Positions 51,870 through 64,000 of a DNA stretch of 64,000 nucleotides are shown one piece after another (position 1 is the stretch's first letter; each line of letters begins with the position of its first letter). The translations under genes and the position numbers were made by a program. This stretch comes from Octopus sinensis (lineage: Eukaryota): positions 4,402,001 to 4,466,000 of the forward strand of contig NC_043013.1 in assembly GCF_006345805.1 (NCBI RefSeq), given 5' to 3'. Below the pieces are notes generated by a model. The model searched no databases, was not told the origin of the DNA, and saw only the letters and a list, made by a program, of their open reading frames with translations.

Positions 51870-54300
51870 GTTTATTGTTTGTTTGCTTGTTTGTTCACTT
51901 TCTAACATGTTCACTTTCTATTTTTTGTTCATTGGTTCACCATATCCTGGTGGCTTCTTGCAGCCAGCGCCACCTCAGGAGCATAGACAAATAAGTCTTG
52001 CAAACTACCAACCCTGGAGCAACCAACATAAAGTTGACCATGAGAAAAGCAAGGCTCAATTAAGTGCAATCCAGTAGATTTCAAAGTCTGACCTCGAGCT
52101 TTATCAATAGACAGTGCGAAGCAAAGTTGCACTGGGAATTTATTCGTTTGATCTTAAACGGCATGTCTGTTGGTTGATTGACATTCTTGGGATGAAAACC
52201 TCTTCCCCAGAGGCACAATCAACCATGTCCCACTGCATAACTTAGGAGGATCTAAATTTCTTAGAAGTATTATTAGGACTCCTACCTTCAGAAAAAGTTT
52301 ATGCGGGGGAGTTCCAGGTGGCTCAAGAGAATTAAGGAACTCAGTTGGGTAATGGACAGCTTGATTTTCATCAAGGACAGAATCAACTGATTTGTACTCC
52401 TTAATGACTGCTGGAATCTTATTCATAATTTCATGGTCAATTCATCTCATTTTTTGGAGCAAGAATTGCTCTTTCATGCAACCATTTATGTGAATTATAA
52501 TTATTACCTAAATCTGGAAATATCCTGTTCTTCAATTCAGCTGGGAAATTCACTATGAAAGCAATATGAGCCAAATTAATATGATCATTTCCATCAAATG
52601 GTACTTTCTCATTTCCTAATTGGAGAAGCCATGTTGAAAAGTGTTTTGCACATTGGTCCCCATGTAATAAAGCTCGCACGTTAGTATTGAAGGAGCATTT
52701 CTATACTTTATTCCATAGACTTAATTCATGCTTTTATTTCATCAGATTTGGATCGTCTCGGAATGATTGGTAATATCTGTCTGAAGTCTCCTGATAAAAC
52801 TAATGTAACTCTTCCCACAGATTTATTGTTGTCCTTGTAAGGTCTTATCAAGAGCTTCCATTGCATCTCTGTGTGACATGGTCCTTTCATCCCAAACGAT
52901 CAGTTGGCATTGGCGCAACACTGCTGAACCTGAGACTTTGCTTATGTTACAAACTCGACTGTCATTTGTGACCAGGTTTAGCGGAGCTGGCAGAAACGTT
53001 AGCACGCCGGGCGAAATGCGTAGCCGTATTTCGTCTGCCGTTACGTTCTGAGTTCAAATTCTGCCGAGGTCGACTTTGCCTTTCATACTTTCGGGGTCGA
53101 TAAATTAAGTTCCAGTTACGCACTGGGGTCGATGTAATCGACTTAATCCGTTTGTCTGTCCTTGTTTGTCCTCTCTGTGTTTAGCCCCTTGTGGGTAATA
53201 AAGAAATAAATTTAAAAGCAGAATGAGCAGTTCATCTTATTGGGAGAATGGTGGCAGCAAAACCAGATGATGCTACAATTGCAATTCTCTTTTGTTGCCT
53301 CACCTTGGAGAGTAGCAATGTTGTTACAAATGTTTTACTTGTGCCACCAGGAGTATCAAGAAAGAAAATTCCTCCGCTTTTTTCTCTGACTGACGATATA
53401 ATTTTATATGCACAGCGTTGTTCTGGAAGAAGTTTAAGTTCATGTTCATAATTTGTCTCTCTTGCTATGTCTCTTGAAGTTAAATCACAAATTTGACGAT
53501 TTGCTTTTGGCAGTCCAGAGCTAGACTCTTGCAAATTTTTGCGTCCCATGGCCAAAACTTGATCCTCAATTTCAATCAGTGCTTGGTTAAAAATTGTTTC
53601 AGAGAACTGAATATTGATATCTGAGTTTGTCTGTTAGACTTCATACTCAAAGTCTTCATCCAACATGTTCAGTATAATTGCAAAAAGGTAACGAAGTTTC
53701 CTTGGAGAATCTGATACTGATACTTCGGTCAATGCAAGGTCCCAATGCTCATCTTTTTCTAAAAAAAATAAACCTTGTTGATAGTTTGCTTCACACACAT
53801 GACCATTTACCCTCCTTGAATCTTGGAATGATTTGGAACCATGTATTTCATGCAAAAAGAGCCGTAAGTAGTAGCATTCTGCTTGGCTTGGGTGGACACT
53901 AAACTCTTGCAAGAGAGCTAGCCCCACGTTTCCTCTTGTGCCATTTATTGTTTCTCCAGGTGTAACACTTGGGTAATTGTCGGTAAAGGAGTTTTCTTGC
54001 ATCTTCTTTTGGAGAAAGTGCTTGTTGCAACGCTGTTTGTTTCGTAAAGACAACCCCGTGGCCATGAATGATGGTTGGGTGCCTTTCATGAATGGGAAAA
54101 AATTGAAGATGCACCAAAAAGCCTCATTAGTATTGATGTATCTTCCTCTGTCATACTGTGCAACTTCGTCATTTTTATTTATCTGCTGACTGCCATTCTG
54201 CATAAGAGTGTATTTTGCAGCATCTAAATCTTTGTTTATATATTTGCAAACATACTTAGCAGAGTTGCAGAATTCAGCATTGACTCTGGTTACCTGTACT
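51870..54300 (-). pseudogene. Helitron Rep C-terminus + Pif1 helicase fragment
   Basis: KYVCKYINKD; [72 protein letters not shown]. Confidence 0.92.
52980..53210 (+). mobile_element. SINE family A inserted in the Helitron helicase
   Basis: Near-consensus copy splitting helicase coding sequence. Confidence 0.9.
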
Positions 54301-55029
54301 CGTCTACAAATACATAGAGCTGGACACGGCACGCAAACAGTAAATAAATAAATAATTTCTGCGGAAATTAATGAAGTATGCGGTTTCAAGCAAAAGAATG
54401 ACCGTTCCTTTTGGGACGCCCCTTGTTGAATTGCAAAATTCTTATGTGTTATTTGTGTAATAACGAAATTAAACCTGGTGTGTGAGTCTTTGTGTGTGTG
54501 TTTATGTGTGCGTGTGCTTATATGAGAGAGACAGTGTGTGTGTGTGTGAGACAGAGAGAGAGGGGGGAAGGAGAAACCATTGCAAACAATGAATGAAATA
54601 AACATAAAATGAAAAAATCATGAATCATATATATAAAGCAATGTTATTTATTTTTAATTAAAAACTAAACAGAAGACCCTATTATGTATCCGAGATTAAA
54701 TTATGCATCCCATGTATTGAAGCAATTCACGCAGTCATTTGAAATGCACACGTGTGTACCTGAGTGTACATATATATGCACACACACACACAGATGTTTT
54801 TACAGATTCGTATTCGTATGTTATGCTGAAAATACGACTATGTTACAGTTGAGTATTTATTATTTGGGTGTTAGCACCTTTTTGTAAGATCCTTGCACTT
54901 AGTGTAGTATAATGAAGTTCTTAAAGTCATTTTTCAGTATATTATATCTGAAACTAAACCTAGATATTCCACATATATGCATGTATATATGTAGGATGAT
55001 GTATATGTGTGTATGTGTGTGTATATATA

Positions 55030-55139
<110 letters not shown>

Positions 55140-55575
55140 CATATATACGTATATAGTAATAATTTTATATTCGGGTATGTTATACTTTATATTATATTGT
55201 TTAAAGCCCGTCCACAGTATTCGGCTACCTGATGTCAACAACAATATGATGGTATATGACACTGGATTTACTCCAGGAATCCCTTTGTGTCCGTGGCGTT
55301 TATATAAAGAAATGTGACAAGTAGAAAAAGAAATTCACAACCTCAACGATCGTTCCCAGCCATTATGCACCGGTATCTTTTTGAAAAGTCACCTGAGGAG
55401 TCGCATCAACACTTATGATGCTTGACAATGGTTTGTACAACATCTCACTTGTAAGGTACCGGTGCATGATGAGTCGAAGTGATCGTAGATGTTCTAATTA
55501 AAGAATCGCGGGAATTTCATTTTCCATCTCGCATTTTTATACCCACACACAAACATATATATTTATATTTATATA

Positions 55576-55640
<65 letters not shown>

Positions 55641-55814
55641 GGGAAAGTTTACGAAAATAAACAAAAGACGAAGGCAGGTGGAGTACAAACAAACAAATGT
55701 ATTAGTATAGCGCTCAGGAATAGAAATAGAAAAAGCATTTTACATTTCGAGCCTACGCTCTTCGACAGAAAGATACACATAAAAAACAAGGAGAGAAACA
55801 AGAAGAGAAAAAAA

Positions 55815-56085
55815 TCGAGTGAAAGACGGTATGGACATTTTGTTTTTGGTGTCTCGCTCTGCTGTATACGACGATGAGGATTTGCATCCCCAACGAAACC
55901 CGTATTTTTCCCAAACTTCTCAAACCTGCTATAATGTAATACATGTCTTTGGTGCGGTAATTGTGCGCGGCTGAAGAAGGCTGTTGACATACATGTTACA
56001 TCAATTATGCATTGATATAAACTGTCCAATAAAGCCAGAAAGATATGTACCGCTAAATCCTTTGCATCCTGTTTTTCTTTTGATA
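55815..56085 (-). mobile_element. Dispersed repeat with a diverged copy at 62944-63215 (+); possibly a Tc1-like N-terminal HTH fragment
   Basis: Clear nucleotide and peptide homology between copies (KEKQDAKD.AVH.F.ALL..LYQCIID); family assignment is weak. Confidence 0.5.
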
Positions 56086-56572
56086 AATATACCCTATCAC
56101 CTACACCACTAACTGGCATATACAGGTGCTTACAGTTATCAAGTATTCACCCTGGATTTTTTGTACCGATCTCTCATATATATATATATAATTTTGCAAA
56201 ATTCCGGTTTCTTTGGGGTGCCCCCTCGGCACAAACACACATACAAACATAATATTTATATTAGATATATATTTCATACTATATATATATGTATGCATAC
56301 ATCTTTTATCTTTCACTATTTTCAATCATTAGACTGTAGCCATGCTGGGGCGCTTAAAGGAATTTTCGTAGAATGAATCGACCCGAATACTTTTTCAAGC
56401 TGGTTCTTATTCCATCGTGACCTTCAGATGAACCCCCTAAGTTGCGGGTATATAAACATACCAACACCGGTTGTCAAGTGGAGGGGAGTTCAAACTCAAA
56501 CACAATGAAACACACACACACATATATATTTATTCTTCAGACACAAAGACAAACGTACATATATATATATAA

Positions 56573-56838
56573 ACAGTTATCGGCAAGCTAACATGGCAGT
56601 CCATAAATATAGGACGAAAGCTGCCGTTGATTAACTCCAAGAGGCCATCGCCTCTAGCTAACTATATTACACACGAACCTGTGTCCATTATAACCTTCGA
56701 ACAGGGAAGGTCAGCCGTTATAATGGACACAGGTCCGTGTGTCATATAGCTAGCTAGAGGCGATGGCCTCTTGGAGCTAATCAACGGCAGCTTTCGTCCT
56801 ATATTTTTGGACTGCCATATTAGCTTGGCGATAACTGT
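56573..56838. mobile_element. Fold-back MITE with about 120-bp arms and possible TAA TSD
   Basis: taa|acagttatcggcaagc...gcttggcgataactgt|taa; 22-nt spacer. Confidence 0.75.
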
Positions 56839-56917
56839 TAATATCCAGTACCGCTGCCTTAGTCTCCTTCAGAGAGACTTAGAAATGATGATGATGATAA
56901 TAATAATAATAATAATA

Positions 56918-56979
<62 letters not shown>

Positions 56980-57350
56980 GCTTTCTAATTGATGTATCAA
57001 TACCGGCTGATGACAACGTGTCTCTAAAAGAAATGGAGAAACTCTCAAAATACAAAGACCTGGAAATAGAGGTAACTAGAATGTGGAATCTGAAAACAGA
57101 AACAATTCCTATCATAGTAGGTGCATTAGGCATGATAAAAAATATTCAGACAAATACATAACAAAAACACCAGGACTTACAAACACATATAACATACAGA
57201 AAATTGCACTACTAGGCACTGCACACATCCTACGCAGAACACTTTCCATACAATAACCATCAGAGCATCACAACAAATCACAGCACATACCCAAGGCACA
57301 CAGAGCTGCGCTCGGTAGTGAAGTGAAAGCACGCTATAAAAATAAAACTA

Positions 57351-57355
<5 letters not shown>
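56980..57355 (+). mobile_element. Short 5'-truncated R4/Dong copy in (TAA)n
   Basis: Matches 28678-29054 with 8 substitutions counted by eye; (TAA)n on both sides. Confidence 0.95.
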
Positions 57356-57411
<56 letters not shown>

Positions 57412-57417
57412 TATATA

Positions 57418-57592
57418 TACGACATGCTTCTTTCAGTTTTCTTATACCAAAGGCATTCACAAGATTTTGATCGTCCCGAGGCTCTAATAGAAGACACTTG
57501 CCCAAGGTTCCACGCAGTTCGACTGAACCTGAAACCATGTGCCAAGCAAATTAGCTACTTACCACGCAGCTTCTCCCGCGCCTATACGCATA
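57418..57592 (-). mobile_element. CORE-type SINE head module (tail fragment also at 56318-56480)
   Basis: gctctaatagaagacacttgcccaagg...ctacttaccacgcagc. Confidence 0.8.
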
Positions 57593-57608
57593 TACGTATC
57601 TGCATGCG

Positions 57609-57662
<54 letters not shown>

Positions 57663-57803
57663 CACACACATTTGTGTGTGAATGTAGTAGGAAGAGAAGG
57701 AGGGGAGGAGGAGAAGAAGATGATGATGATGATGATAATAATGATGATGATGATGATGATGATGATGGTAGTGGTAGTGGTGATGATGATGATGATATGA
57801 TGA

Positions 57804-57837
<34 letters not shown>

Positions 57838-58555
57838 GGTGGTGGTGGTGATGATGATGATGATATGATGATATAGAAGAAGAAGAAGAAGAAGAAGAAG
57901 AAGAGAAGAAGAAGAAGAAGAAGAAGAAGAAGAAGAAGAAGAAGAAGAGGAGCTATAACATTGGTCCATCCGTAAGAAGGCAAGCTGACTGTGGATGATG
58001 GATAAATTTCGAAGCATTATTGCAAACACACATACACACAAATACACACACACATACATACAAGCACACACACACATACAAACATACGCGAACACATACA
58101 CATACGAACATACACACACAGACACACAGACACGCGCGCATACCCACAACTAAGTGGAAGCTGTTTGATTGTAGTTATCACTTGGGACACTATTCTGCTA
58201 TCATGCACACCACTGCAAATATATCGATATATTTTAGCAAGTGTAAAGATGCTTCTAATGGATATCTGTCTGAAGTGTCTGGTTGTCACGGCAACTGCAT
58301 TCCTATATATACCTCCCTCGCGCCCCCTACACCATTCTCTGCATTGTGGGGGATATCAGCCTCCGAACTAATACTATTTGGATAATCATTGGAATGCTAT
58401 TGATTTGTGGTTTCAGAGTTATCTTTTTTTGTAGACACTCACTCGCACCCTCGCACACAGGAGGCGTGAGCGCTCACGCACACACACTCATGCCTACACA
58501 TACGTGTAAGCTGGTCGATAGACAGACAGGCAAACAGACAGACACACAGACATAC

Positions 58556-58965
<410 letters not shown>

Positions 58966-59022
58966 ATGCATACACACACTCACACGCACATATGTATATA
59001 TACATATACATGTATACATACA

Positions 59023-59103
<81 letters not shown>

Positions 59104-59514
59104 GTATGTATATATATATATATACACACACATACATTATACACACAGAGACACGCACACATATAAACCGTGTTCATGTGTGCGTGCGTACGTGCAAATT
59201 ATAATTTTATGTATGTATGTTTATCTATATGTGTGTCTATATTTATGAAGGGGATGAAAGAAACAAGGTTCCTTCTCTGAAATTCGAATATTAGCAACGA
59301 CCGTCTCGTGTTGAACGGGAGAGAAGTTTTGTACATTCTTACCGTTGCGCATCTCAAATTGTATTTGTAAGGTGAGTGTTAACTGTTCTTTTTTTTTTGC
59401 CTAAAACTTAATTATCAGTTGAAATGTATATAATCCGGGTAGATGAGCTGCAGGTCCCGAATCAGTTGTCTATGTATGTTAATTTTCTTGATAATTTTCG
59501 AAGAGATGCTCAAT

Positions 59515-59935
59515 GGCAGTTAAGCTGGCAGAATCGTTAGCACGCCGGGCGAAAGGCGTTGCTGTATTTCGTCTGCCGTTAGGTTCTGAGTTCAAATTCC
59601 GCCGAGGTCGACTTTCGGGGTCGATAAATTAAGTACCTGTTGCGCACTGTGGTCGATGTAATCGACGTAATCCGTCTGTCTGTCCTTGTTTGTCCCCTCT
59701 GTGTTTAGCCCCTTGTGGGTAGTAAAGAAATAAGAACCGTTAGCACGCCGGGCGAAATGCGTAGCTGTATTTCGTCTGCCGTTAGGTTCTGAGTTCAAAT
59801 TTCGCCGAGGTCGACTTTGCCTTTCATCCTTTCGAGGTCGATAAATTAAGTACCAGTTGCGCACTGGAGTCGATGCAATCAACTTAATCCCACTGTCTGT
59901 CCTTGTTTGGCCCCTTGTGGGTAGTAAAGAAATGA
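59515..59935 (+). mobile_element. SINE family A dimer (older tandem pair at 60342-60775)
   Basis: Two consecutive bodies joined at aaagaaataagaaccgttagcacgcc. Confidence 0.85.
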
Positions 59936-61925
59936 TAATTATACGTGAATTTTCTTTTCTGTCCCAAATAAGCTATATGAGACGTATTTAGCAGGTAGTA
60001 AGGTAGAAGCTGTGATCTGAATACATACTTTGATAAGTACGTATTCAATAGCAGGGTTGCTGCTTATGTTTATCTCACGACTGTCTTTTTTTTAGGAACA
60101 TCATATCGCAATGACATTTTGGGGCAGCTGCTGATTATATAAATTATGTTCTCCACTGAAGTGTGACATAGCGTGACATAACCGATATTTACGGTTGCAT
60201 ACTAGGGGCTTAAGAGTTTTATTATTTATTTTGACTAAAAGTTATCTCGCAGCTCTTTCTAGCTATTGGATTGCAAAAGCACAAGCTTATAAACGTGAGG
60301 TGATATAGCATCCATTGAGCCAAGACTAGGTACATTTAAGGCAGCGATCAGGCAGAATCGTTTGCACGCCGGGCGAAATATCTAGCGGCATTTCGTCCGC
60401 TTAACGTTCTGAGTTCAAATTCCGCTGAGCTCGACTTTGCCTGTCATCTTTTCGGGATCGATAAAATGAGTACCAGTTGAGCACTGGGGTCGATGTAATT
60501 GACTTACCCCTTCACCTCAAACTGTTGGCCTTGTGCCAAACTTTGAAGTCAATATTACCATTCCCTGAGGCAGCGAGCTGGCAGAATCGTTACCGAGCCG
60601 GGAAAAGTGCTTAGAAGTATTCTTCCGGCTTTACGTCTTGAGTTCAAATGCCACGGGGGTCTACTTAATCTTTCATGCTTCCAATGTCGATAAAATAAGT
60701 ACCAGTTGAACATTGGGTCGATGTAATCGACTTACCTCCTCATCCAAAATTGCGGGCCTCGAAACCAATATTAGCATTCCATTCATGTTTTCTTTTTCTG
60801 AAACAGAATTTTTAACTTCCAAGTCGCTGTTGATGCATAGCTACTGCAGCACAACTGGGTTTATATTAGAGTTCACCAGGAAGTGAGTGATTCTTGAGAG
60901 TATGCAGTCAGCTCGCTGGATGTAATTCACCTTTGAGCATTTGGTCAATTAATTTATTTTTGCTATTGCTGTTTATTTATCTGATTTCATACAAAACGTA
61001 CAAGCTGTCTTCAGTCAGTAATATCATCTGAAACTCAACAGCTTTTTCTTCTTTTCTTCTGAGATAGAGGCTGTCGATATTATTCATTCTATGTTTGTTT
61101 GCAGTCTTCGAGAACGACTATTTGACGATCTAGTCAAAGCGGAAGTAAATGTGAAGAAGTAGGTACACAGGACGCAACTGAGTTTTCTTTGAAAGAGAAT
61201 TCGATACAACCATCATACGTTAATGAAATCTATCTTGAGCCCAATAACCAACAATGAGGTCAATGGGTGCCTTCCCATTATGCAGTTTTCCCACAACATT
61301 GATGAATGTTAGTGTCGATAAAAGTAGTTTACTATTGATGTTATAACACCATTCTTGCTTGGTTATATCTAACCATATTGTATTCTGATTAAAATCTTTC
61401 CTGCCATTCCAGGTCTTAGATGAAAATGATTTAAAATATTCCTGCGAAATGGTTCTTTCTACTACGACATTACTTCCCTTCATCCTCCTGTCGACAGCTT
61501 GTGGATTAGAAACAAATTTGTGGTTAATATTTCTTGTTCTATTATTTTCTTTTTCCATAACGGAATTTTTCACACTAGGAGTTTCCAGTTCTTGTTTCAC
61601 CGTTATGAAGCCCAGTTCCCTTTCTGTTGTTGGTGTACTGTGAACTTATTTTTGTTTTATACCTTACAATGATTTTTAACCGTCTAATATTCAGCGCATC
61701 GATCATGTGTATTTCCCTCTTCTATCGTTACTAACGTAGATTGCTTAATGTTGAATTGTTTCATTACTACAACTGCCGTATTGGCAAACTAATTTGCCAA
61801 TCATGAAACAAAGTAAACATTTAAAAAAAATATAATAACTAATCAAACACTTATCTTAAGCAAAAGGCAACCACAAAATCTAAAGAAACTATTAACAAAG
61901 GCAAAAGTCAACATGAACAAATAGG

Positions 61926-62327
61926 TTGAAACATTCACAGTATCCAGGTGTAATGATAACCTGTGTAACGTGTCGATACATCCATACGGGTAGATCCATT
62001 AGAACAAAAAATAGACAGATTTTCACAAATGCAGATATGAACTGCAAAAGCAGAAATTTGATCTACTGCATTAAATACCCTAATTGCGAGGAACTATACA
62101 TTGGCATGACAGGGAATGCATTATGGGAACCCTCACGAGTTCACAGACAACAAATCCGAAAGGCTAATGTTCGTCAAATTTCATTGAGCGAACATATGTT
62201 TCTAATTTTTCATTTCCATAAACTACATGACAGGAGTGAGGTTGGAAGAAAAATAAAGGGAAAGTGTTTCATTAAAATGTTCAAACCTGTTCAAAATGTT
62301 CAAACAGAAATAACAACAATAATATAA
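61926..62327 (+). pseudogene. Penelope-like GIY-YIG endonuclease remnant
   Basis: CVTC, NCKSRNLIYCIKYPNCEELYIGMTG...RVHRQQIR. Confidence 0.85.
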
Positions 62328-62473
62328 CCACCAGTTTATGATGTGGATTAAAAAATATCTTTAACATATGAATATAAGCAAATGACAGAAGACTTCTACA
62401 GATTGAAATAAAAACGATCGAAACCAACTAAGATTATTCACTCATAAAACCATTACATGTAAATCGCAAACTA

Positions 62474-62608
62474 ATTGGTTAAAATATGGGCGGGATCTAT
62501 GCCAATAATATCGGTGCCAGGAAAATTGTGACGTTTAAGGTGCACAGTGATTGGTCAAAACTATATTCCAAAACTTCTGCTGGTCAGAGCCTTCTAAAAA
62601 GTATAAAA
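62474..62608 (+). promoter_or_regulatory. Pol II promoter-like cluster in a putative pLTR
   Basis: ATTGG (about 62474, 62550), GGGCGGG (62488-62494), TGACGT (about 62529), TATAAAA (62602-62608). Motifs only. Confidence 0.35.
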
Positions 62609-62681
62609 AGGAAAAGGAAGAAATCAGTCATTTTACTACAGTTGTCAAGCACTCAGCTCAACTGTCAGTCAATACATTTTG

Positions 62682-62721
62682 AAATCTGATGAATACTACG
62701 AACGTATGAAAGCGCTAATTC
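62682..62721 (+). ncRNA. Minimal type I hammerhead motif downstream of the GIY-YIG remnant
   Basis: (ga)AAU-CUGAUGA-AUAC(uacgaac)GUAU-GAAA-GCGC-UA/AUUC; palindromic stem III AGCGCU. Confidence 0.75.
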
Positions 62722-62851
62722 AACTTTATGAACATTACTAAATACTTTTTTTTTATGTTCAACACACTTCAACATTGTAAAAATTTCTTTTGAAGTAATA
62801 CAAAAATTGAAAACCAGACGATGTTGTAATTTTATTCAACATATATATATA

Positions 62852-62920
<69 letters not shown>

Positions 62921-64000
62921 TGTATGTATGTATGTATGTATGTATCAAAAGAAAAACAGGACGCAAAGGATTTTGCGGTACATATGTTTCGGGCTTTATT
63001 GAACGACTTATATCAATGCATAATTGATATCACAGGTAGATCAAAAGCTTTCTTCAGCCGCGTACAATTACCACACCAAAGACATGTATCACATTATTGC
63101 AGGTTTGAGAAAAAGTTTGGGAAAAAACCGAGTATTATTGGGAAAGCAAATCCTCATAGACTTACATGGTATTGCGAGACTCCAAAGCAAATCGTCCATA
63201 CCGTTTTTTCAATGCACATACACCTACTCGTGTACAATAGTGCGAGTATACCTTCAAATAATTTGTTAAATCATCTGATAAGGTTTTAATAACAGGTAGA
63301 GTTGTGGTCGCTGATTTATTTATTTATCTATTTGTTTCTATATTTTACAAGCAAGAGTATATCTGCATTGCATTGCTTCGCACTTAGACACGCATTAATA
63401 TTTTGATATATAGCAGATAGGTTTAAATAGTCTAGTCGAATGTGCATTTGGAGACCCCGCTAAACTTGCCATTAAGCATATTTTGGTAAACCGGAATACT
63501 TTCAGTACAATCATTTATTCCCCTGTTATTTATGATCATTGCCAGGCAACATTAAAGGATACGTCCAAATAGAATTCAAATTTTCTTCCCTTCAATGAAC
63601 TTTAAATCTCGTTTCTAGATCGTTAATGTCTGATGACAAAATATAGTTATTTCAACTGCGTTTATAACTATATTCTCAAACGCTATTTTGTCCTATAGCA
63701 CATTACTAGCGTTACAAACTAATAGAACTGTGTCAGCGGTTTTAGATGAGCGTGTTATTTTATAACTACTTCATAGATATAATATCTATACGCTTTGACA
63801 TTTTTTATCGTTATGAACATACAATGAAAGCATCATTCATTACTAATCTAAAACTTAAAAGAATTTCCGATCATGCCTGTTGATTGAAGTAGTCCCTCTA
63901 ATTATCATTGGCTTACAATTGTTTCTAATCAGCTTAAATCCAGTGCAATATCCTGACAACACCATAATACGAAATTGCTATATTTGTTGTTTGTTTGTTC

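Noticed and set aside
57007-57040. CTGATGA core string
   Set aside because: It is Dong endonuclease coding sequence (ADDN) with no stems, and the other copy reads CAGATGA.
60978-61014. Minus-strand CUGAAGA...GAAA-UCAGA-UA
   Set aside because: Helix I cannot pair and stem II has an unpaired 5' extension; at most a decayed remnant.
61220-61600. 126-aa minus-strand ORF as a gene
   Set aside because: No recognisable motif or splice context; probably a repeat remnant.

Overview
AT-rich, repeat-saturated eukaryotic DNA. The SINE families, microsatellites and retroelement mix look like an octopod cephalopod genome (inference; no taxonomic proof in the window). I found no intact host gene, and most listed ORFs are translated microsatellites. 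Recognisable elements: an internally deleted Gypsy LTR element, an L1/Tx1 LINE plus a second Tx1-type ORF1 remnant, two R4/Dong LINE copies in (TAA)n, three Penelope-like (PLE) remnants, a mariner, Helitron pieces, several MITEs and many tRNA-derived SINEs. The main hidden signal is about ten unrelated minimal type I hammerhead ribozyme (HHR) motifs, folded by eye, mostly in short (TA)n-flanked inserts. Three of them sit in both arms of ORF-less fold-back palindromes (13885-14017, 23466-24253, 37303-37861), always with the axis 5' of the ribozyme. PLE hammerheads are a known class. What deserves follow-up is the fold-back architecture, the diversity and the recurring core variants. No fold or activity was tested.
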